DNA of 63,128 nucleotides, filler included, from Saprolegnia diclina VS20 (lineage: Eukaryota): assembly GCF_000281045.1 (NCBI RefSeq). It is 5 parts of 2 records of this genome, joined end to end, with 100 filler letters (N's around TTAATTAATTAA, not from the genome) between each part and the next. Parts side by side here need not be neighbours in the genome. Positions count along the whole stretch, not along the records: positions 50,621 to 57,850 come from NW_008246071.1; positions 57,951 to 61,642 come from NW_008246071.1; positions 61,743 to 63,128 come from NW_008246071.1; 2 more parts are not named here. One strand, given 5' to 3'. Below the pieces are notes generated by a model, which saw only the letters and a list, made by a program, of their open reading frames with translations, was not told the origin of the DNA and made no database searches. Position numbers and translations under genes: made by a program. Below are positions 57,310 through 63,128 of this stretch, in pieces; within the stretch, counting starts at the first letter, position 1; every line of letters begins with the position of its first letter.

Positions 57310-57950
57310 CGAATATCAGTGGCAACATCCAATGTCAGAGAGTCCATTTTTACCGCCTGAGCTTACAAAGACCAAGATAAAGAAAAAATTGCCGAAAAAA
57401 AGAAGATGATGCATCGGGATGGCCATGGTCAACCTGCCCAGATGGCGCGAACGAACCGCCGGATCCGGCGCCAAGATCGGCAAGCCTGTGAGAAGGTGAC
57501 GCAGGCCTCGCGGAATGCTATTTGTGTACGCGGCGGTACGTCTCTCGAAAGCAGCTGTGAGAAGCAGGCGGTCGAGCTGGCGGGCCTATAAGCTTTGCCG
57601 AGAGCTGGTGCTCAGAGTGTACGTTGAAGTTGCCTTTGACGTTCAGTTGTGCAACGAAAGAAGTGTCTGCTGCCACCGGCATCGATGCCTTGTGGTTCGA
57701 ACACAGTCAAACAACCAAAGGCTCTACGTCCTGTGCCGAACTTGCAGCGTTCGAGCTCTCGTTCAGTCGCCAGCAGCAGCGCGTGTGGGCATAGACAAGG
57801 CTGTGCACGTCATGCAAAGCCCAGCGTGACGTCGAAGGATACTACTCGGCNNNNNNNNNNNNNNNNNNNNNNNNNNNNNNNNNNNNNNNNNNNNTTAATT
57901 AATTAANNNNNNNNNNNNNNNNNNNNNNNNNNNNNNNNNNNNNNNNNNNN

Positions 57951-58410
57951 GCTTCCGAGCTGGCTCTGCCCTGATGCGTCGTCCGTGCTCCTGGCCAACA
58001 CGGGTGTTCTTGCCTCGGGGATTGGCGATGCCATGGTACGTATTTGCTTTATGGCAAGAATCAATATGGCGGTCTAGGGCGCGGTCGTCGGCTCGAGCGT
58101 TGGCCGCACCAAAGTGTGCGAAACGAAAACGTTGGAGGGAAGCGTCGCGGTGTTTCTCTCGATGGTGCTCTTTGCGTACGCGGCAGTGCCGTCTGCGCAC
58201 CCATGGGCGACTCCAGTACTACATTATTCTCTATTCAAAAAATGGACAAGACGTCTGAGAGATGAATAGGTCTTTCTCGGGTTTCTCTGGAGCACGTGGC
58301 CCACGACCGCGCTCGAGGCGGTGACGTGCCAGATCGACAACTTGGTGCTCCCGCTCTTCTACTTGGCAACGTGCTGCATCACGCAAGCGTACCTACTAGT
58401 ACATGTGTAA
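57951..58410 (+). CDS. DOLK: Dolichol kinase, C-terminal fragment (5' part lost in gap), spliced
   Basis: Manual spliced translation LPSWL...TGVLASGIGDAM-GAVVGSSVGRTKVCETKTLEGSVAVFLSM...LEAVTCQIDNLVLPLFYL: the CTP-binding KTxEGS and QIDNL motifs of Sec59/DOLK. Absent from the ORF track. Confidence 0.82.
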
Positions 58411-59996
58411 ATCACTGCTCGTATCAATACAACGTCGGTATGTTTCTCGTTTTCCTGGTAGGAACGTTTACGTGGTGTACACCAGCATCCCAGGGGATTA
58501 ATTCGATGTGTCGTGTCTCAATCCGGCTTCGAACGACCCAAAAGACGCTCATCATGGACTTGGACGCGCCCATCAAGTCGGCTGCACCGATGCCGCAGTC
58601 TTTTAAATCGCCCGGCCCTGCGGTCGCGCCGATGGCNNNNNNNNNNNNNNNNNNNNNNNNNNNNNNNNNNNNNNNNNNNNNNNNNNNNNNNNNNNNNNNN
58701 NNNNNNNNNNNNNNNNNNNNNNNNNNNNNNNNNNNNNNNNNNNNNNNNNNNNNNNNNNNNNNNNNNNNNNNNNNNNNNNNNNNNNNNNNNNNNNNNNNNN
58801 NNNNNNNNNNNNNNNNNNNNNNNNNNNNNNNNNNNNNNNNNNNNNNNNNNNNNNNNNNNNNNNNNNNNNNNNNNNNNNNNNNNNNNNNNNNNNNNNNNNN
58901 NNNNNNNNNNNNNNNNNNNNNNNNNNNNNNNNNNNNNNNNNNNNNNNNNNNNNNNNNNNNNNNNNNNNNNNNNNNNNNNNNNNNNNNNNNNNNNNNNNNN
59001 NNNNNNNNNNNNNNNNNNNNNNNNNNNNNNNNNNNNNNNNNNNNNNNNNNNNNNNNNNNNNNNNNNNNNNNNNNNNNNNNNNNNNNNNNNNNNNNNNNNN
59101 NNNNNNNNNNNNNNNNNNNNNNNNNNNNNNNNNNNNNNNNNNNNNNNNNNNNNNNNNNNNNNNNNNNNNNNNNNNNNNNNNNNNNNNNNNNNNNNNNNNN
59201 NNNNNNNNNNNNNNNNNNNNNNNNNNNNNNNNNNNNNNNNNNNNNNNNNNNNNNNNNNNNNNNNNNNNNNNNNNNNNNNNNNNNNNNNNNNNNNNNNNNN
59301 NNNNNNNNNNNNNNNNNNNNNNNNNNNNNNNNNNNNNNNNNNNNNNNNNNNNNNNNNNNNNNNNNNNNNNNNNNNNNNNNNNNNNNNNNNNNNNNNNNNN
59401 NNNNNNNNNNNNNNNNNNNNNNNNNNNNNNNNNNNNNNNNNNNNNNNNNNNNNNNNNNNNNNNNNNNNNNNNNNNNNNNNNNNNNNNNNNNNNNNNNNNN
59501 NNNNNNNNNNNNNNNNNNNNNNNNNNNNNNNNNNNNNNNNNNNNNNNNNNNNNNNNNNNNNNNNNNNNNNNNNNNNNNNNNNNNNNNNNNNNNNNNNNNN
59601 NNNNNNNNNNNNNNNNNNNNNNNNNNNNNNNNNNTTCGCCATGCAGCCGACTGTCGGGCACTGAGCTTGTCTCCGCGCACCACCCAGGTGCCGTCATGTG
59701 AAGAGCAGTGTTTGGTAAGCACCGTCTTAAGTTCTTCTCGGGCGAACGACTTGCCGACGAATGCAGTCGCGATGATCTTGGCCGCCGCGTCCCGCACCGG
59801 CGCAGCCCGCTTGGGTGGCATATTCCCGAATGGCAAAGTGTGTCAAGTGGTGCACGTGCCACTTTTAGCGACTTCAAGGCGAATTTTATCCCATGCACCT
59901 CAAGCGGCAGACCTTGCGGTATATATTGCGACAGTTGCGACCAGCGACGCATGCAATTTAAATTCGCGTTGATGCGCGCACATCCACGTGCCACGT

Positions 59997-60031
59997 CAAA
60001 TGGTATCCGGATAGGATCCGGATACCATTTG
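59997..60031. repeat. Perfect 16-bp inverted repeat (hairpin, 3-nt loop)
   Basis: CAAATGGTATCCGGAT-AGG-ATCCGGATACCATTTG. The right arm plus flank (60010-60055) recurs as a direct repeat at 60920-60965. Confidence 0.85.
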
Positions 60032-60956
60032 GCGCCGTCGGTCGAGGTATGCAAGAGGACTCCTTAACTCCCCACGGGAAGTAGACAGATGTTCGAAGTA
60101 NNNNNNNNNNNNNNNNNNNNNNNNNNNNNNNNNNNNNNNNNNNNNNNNNNNNNNNNNNNNNNNNNNNNNNNNNNNNNNNNNNNNNNNNNNNNNNNNNNNN
60201 CGAAAAGACGGTAATTTGCCGTATTTTCCATTGGATTTCCCGCACCCTACATGAAGAAAAGATGTTGTCAGTAGTGCGACCAAGAGAGCCAGACCGACGT
60301 GCCACATTGTGAAGTAAAGTGCCACTTTTAAACCGTCGAACGGGCAAGTGCACGTCAGCGAGGTCGAGTCCCCTTCCACTTCATCTGAGAATCGGGAGGA
60401 ACGATGGGTTACGCCAACGACCTTGGTGACGACGACGACGCGCCCACGGCTACTGCAACTACATCGGCGAACTAATGCTTTGATCCGAGCGCAATGGCGC
60501 ACCCCACGAACGACCATGTTGGGCTCTCGCCGTTAGGGCCGGGACATCTCATGGGGCTGACGAGGTTCCACTCGTTGGTGCACTTGGCATCCAAAAAGGC
60601 CTACCGCCGGCCAGTGCGCGCGCAGAGCCATCTCGGATCGAGCAGAGCGATAAGCGCGGTCAGCTCCGACGTGAGCGTGGCCTGTCGGAGTGCGCAGAGA
60701 AGCGAGAGGACGTCCGTGGGCCCCGGGGTACACTTGACGATCGCAACGGTGATGCGGGCAATGTCGACGCTCGGGCCCAACGCGGTCGCTGCGTCATTGT
60801 GCGTGCAAATCAACGTGCAAGAGATCGCTCGCGACTCAAGGTTTTATTGGATTAAATCAATTCGAAATAGGCCAATCATGATCCATTGAAGCATTTTTTA
60901 GCCAATGAAAACGATGGTCGATAGGATCCGGATACCATTTGGCGCCGTCGGTCGAG

Positions 60957-61246
60957 GTATGCAAGCGGTGACAAGCTTCGTGACGACCTCATCTATGACA
61001 TTGCAGGACGCTAGCGAGGTTGCGTAGCGGCGCTGGACCAGCGCGCGCCGCNNNNNNNNNNNNNNNNNNNNNNNNNNNNNNNNNNNNNNNNNNNNNNNNN
61101 NNNNNNNNNNNNNNNNNNNNNNNNNNNNNNNNNNNNNNNNNNNNNNNNNNNGTATGCAAGCGGTGACAAGCTTCGTGACGACCTCATCTATGACATTGCA
61201 GGACGCTAGCGAGGTTGCGTAGCGGCGCTGGACCAGCGCGCGCCGC
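60957..61246. repeat. 95-bp direct duplication flanking an N gap (likely unmerged contig overlap)
   Basis: 60957-61051 is identical to 61152-61246 on either side of gap 61052-61151. Confidence 0.85.
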
Positions 61247-62684
61247 CGTCCACGTAGCTAGGATGACGCCGACGCCTCGGTGGGCCTTTGCGTCCAAGGC
61301 TTTACCGGCGCTCGGCGTTTTTGCCGCCGAGGATATCTACGAGCTCGAAGCACATCCAAACGCGAATATTGCATTCAGGCTACGCAGCTACTGGAGCCCG
61401 CGATAAGGAAGACTCGAATCAGAAATTCAGATTGATTTCTAAATGGTGTTCGATACAACAAGGGATATTGGTGCTGCGAGTTCTAAAAGACAAACGCTAC
61501 CAACGAAAATGCTTCGTTCAATTTGAACAATGCCATTCGAACCGTCTAGGTCTCATGGAGATATATGTGCGTTGGATTGCTATCAAGGGACATAGTTCCG
61601 GTAGTGATACACATGCAATTCGCCGTGAGATGGCGTCATAAGNNNNNNNNNNNNNNNNNNNNNNNNNNNNNNNNNNNNNNNNNNNNTTAATTAATTAANN
61701 NNNNNNNNNNNNNNNNNNNNNNNNNNNNNNNNNNNNNNNNNNCCAAGAGACACGCGAATGCGGTACTGTGTCCAGCTGTGCGACGAAGCTGCACTGAGCC
61801 TATCATTGTTTGTGTTTGCTTGTTGATTCTCGGGAGAAATTTTGAGTTTACTAACGCAAAGCTACTCCATAGTAGAGATTCCCACCAGGTGCAAGAAGCT
61901 GGCTTGAAACCATTCAAGTCGCTCGATCACGCTGTACACGATGCCGACCTCCAAGAGCTTAGCCCGTGAACGGTGTTGCGCACTACGTTTCTGTAGACAC
62001 ACCTAGACTCACAATATTCGGTGCGTGTGCCACAACGTCAAACAGATGTTATCTGCTTGCGTTGTGCGCGTACGAGAGCACGTCATGTGGTAGCTAAAAC
62101 CACCGCCGCATTGTGCTCCTGGCAGTATCCTGGCTTCGCTGCAGCAACGAAGTCCGCCTGGCCTAGGAGCAAAGCAAGGCAGCCGATGCGCACAAACATG
62201 CACCGTCATGACGTTCTTCAAGAAGCCATCCACCCACGTCGACGGCCCTTGCACCCACTCGACAGGTTGCTGCTCGTTGCCTCGAATCTACACATCGAGG
62301 GCGCCAGTCGAGATGGACATGGACAGAAAACCAGCGGTTGCAAGTCCCCTTTCCGTGCCCCGCCACCGACCCAGCCGACACATGACGCACGCTGCGACTT
62401 GAGGCCGCGTTGCCGGCTCTGCCGCGCCTTGTCGCGGCCATTTCGCGAGACACGACGCCACGGAATACGATCGAAGCTTGCGATGATGACGGATCTTGAT
62501 TGTGTGACTGAGTGGCTGAGCAACTGGAAATCCGCAGCTTTGTGACCACGTGTGTTCAGATACTACACGCAAGACAGTCGTCGTCCACACAACGTCGTCC
62601 ACAACCCCTGCAAGTCGACGCACCTTACATCGTCCACCGTCGCTCAGTTTTCAATTGGCTTTGAGTCGACGACCACCAGCCAAA

Positions 62685-63128
62685 ATGTGCACCGACATTT
62701 CCAAGGTCACGCTCATCGTGCTCAACTTTGCGTTCCTTGTCGCCGGTGCGCTCCTCATCTATGTCGGCGCAGCCACGTCGTCGAGCTGGTCGACCATCTA
62801 CGAGTCGGCGTCCAACGGCTCGACGTCGGCGACCTTCAGCCTCCTCATCGCGTTCGGTGTGCTCGTCGTGCTCATCGCGTTCATGGGTCTCATCGGCGCC
62901 ATCAAGCGCCAGAAGTGCCTCCTCTACACCTACGCGTTCTTCGTGTTTGTCGCGCTCGCCCTCTTTGTCCTCATCACGATCACGGGCTTTGCCGGTGCGT
63001 CGACCGCCAACAAGTGGGACGACGCGACGTTCCCGGCCGAGGACGCCGAGGTCTCGGTCGCCGAGGCTTTTGATTCGGCCTACTGCAGCGTCATGGTCGA
63101 CCACTACTGCGTGGCTGGCAGCCTCGGG
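62685..63128 (+). CDS. Tetraspanin-family protein, 5' part (runs off window end)
   Basis: Manual translation MCTDISKVTLIVLNFAFLVAGALLIYVG...LLIAFGVLVVLIAFMGLIGAIKRQKCLLYTYAFFVFVALALF..., the tetraspanin TM1-TM3 pattern; INR-like GCTCAGTTTTCAATTG about 40 nt upstream. Confidence 0.82.
   Translation, partial: MCTDISKVTLIVLNFAFLVAGALLIYVGAATSSSWSTIYESASNGSTSATFSLLIAFGVLVVLIAFMGLIGAIKRQKCLLYTYAFFVFVALALFVLITITGFAGASTANKWDDATFPAEDAEVSVAEAFDSAYCSVMVDHYCVAGSLG

Noticed and set aside
60957..61246. 95-bp direct repeat as a possible LTR or tandem repeat
   Set aside because: Identical copies abut both sides of a gap, the pattern of an unmerged contig overlap.
61215..61406. LGVFAAEDI as a SET-domain-like motif
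   Set aside because: An isolated short match with no other SET motifs; the ORF ends shortly after.

Overview
Eukaryotic genomic scaffold, almost certainly an oomycete and most likely Saprolegniales (inference). The evidence is gene-dense GC-rich coding DNA, very short GT-AG introns (mostly about 40-60 nt), oomycete INR/FPR core-promoter motifs and oomycete-type gene families. Nine N-gaps occur, four with an artificial TTAATTAATTAA linker. About 30 protein genes are supported, many spliced and therefore fragmented or missing in the ORF track. They include DPH3, cytochrome b5, an amino-acid permease, a vacuolar-sorting-receptor homolog, a HET/TIR-like protein, a FYVE protein, a lipase, calnexin, a sterol glucosyltransferase, an ankyrin protein, XRCC2-like, TPR and CCDC177-like proteins, an AsnB-type amidotransferase, LIN52-like, a CDK, a dolichol kinase fragment and a tetraspanin. 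There are also three local paralog groups. The best candidates for undescribed biology are: (1) a spliced gene fusing seven WRKY19-like zinc fingers, an HMA domain and an exact Cuf1-type CxCx3CxCx2Cx2H motif, a candidate oomycete copper sensor/regulator; (2) a tandem pair of Ubl-LRGG / Cys-rich domain / RING-H2 proteins; (3) a double-RGS plus DENN fusion; (4) a stand-alone HET/TIR-like domain; (5) expanded orphan multipass membrane and bZIP-like/START-like families. No tRNA, rRNA, CRISPR array or intact transposon was recognised. All family calls come from motif recognition by eye; no searches were run.
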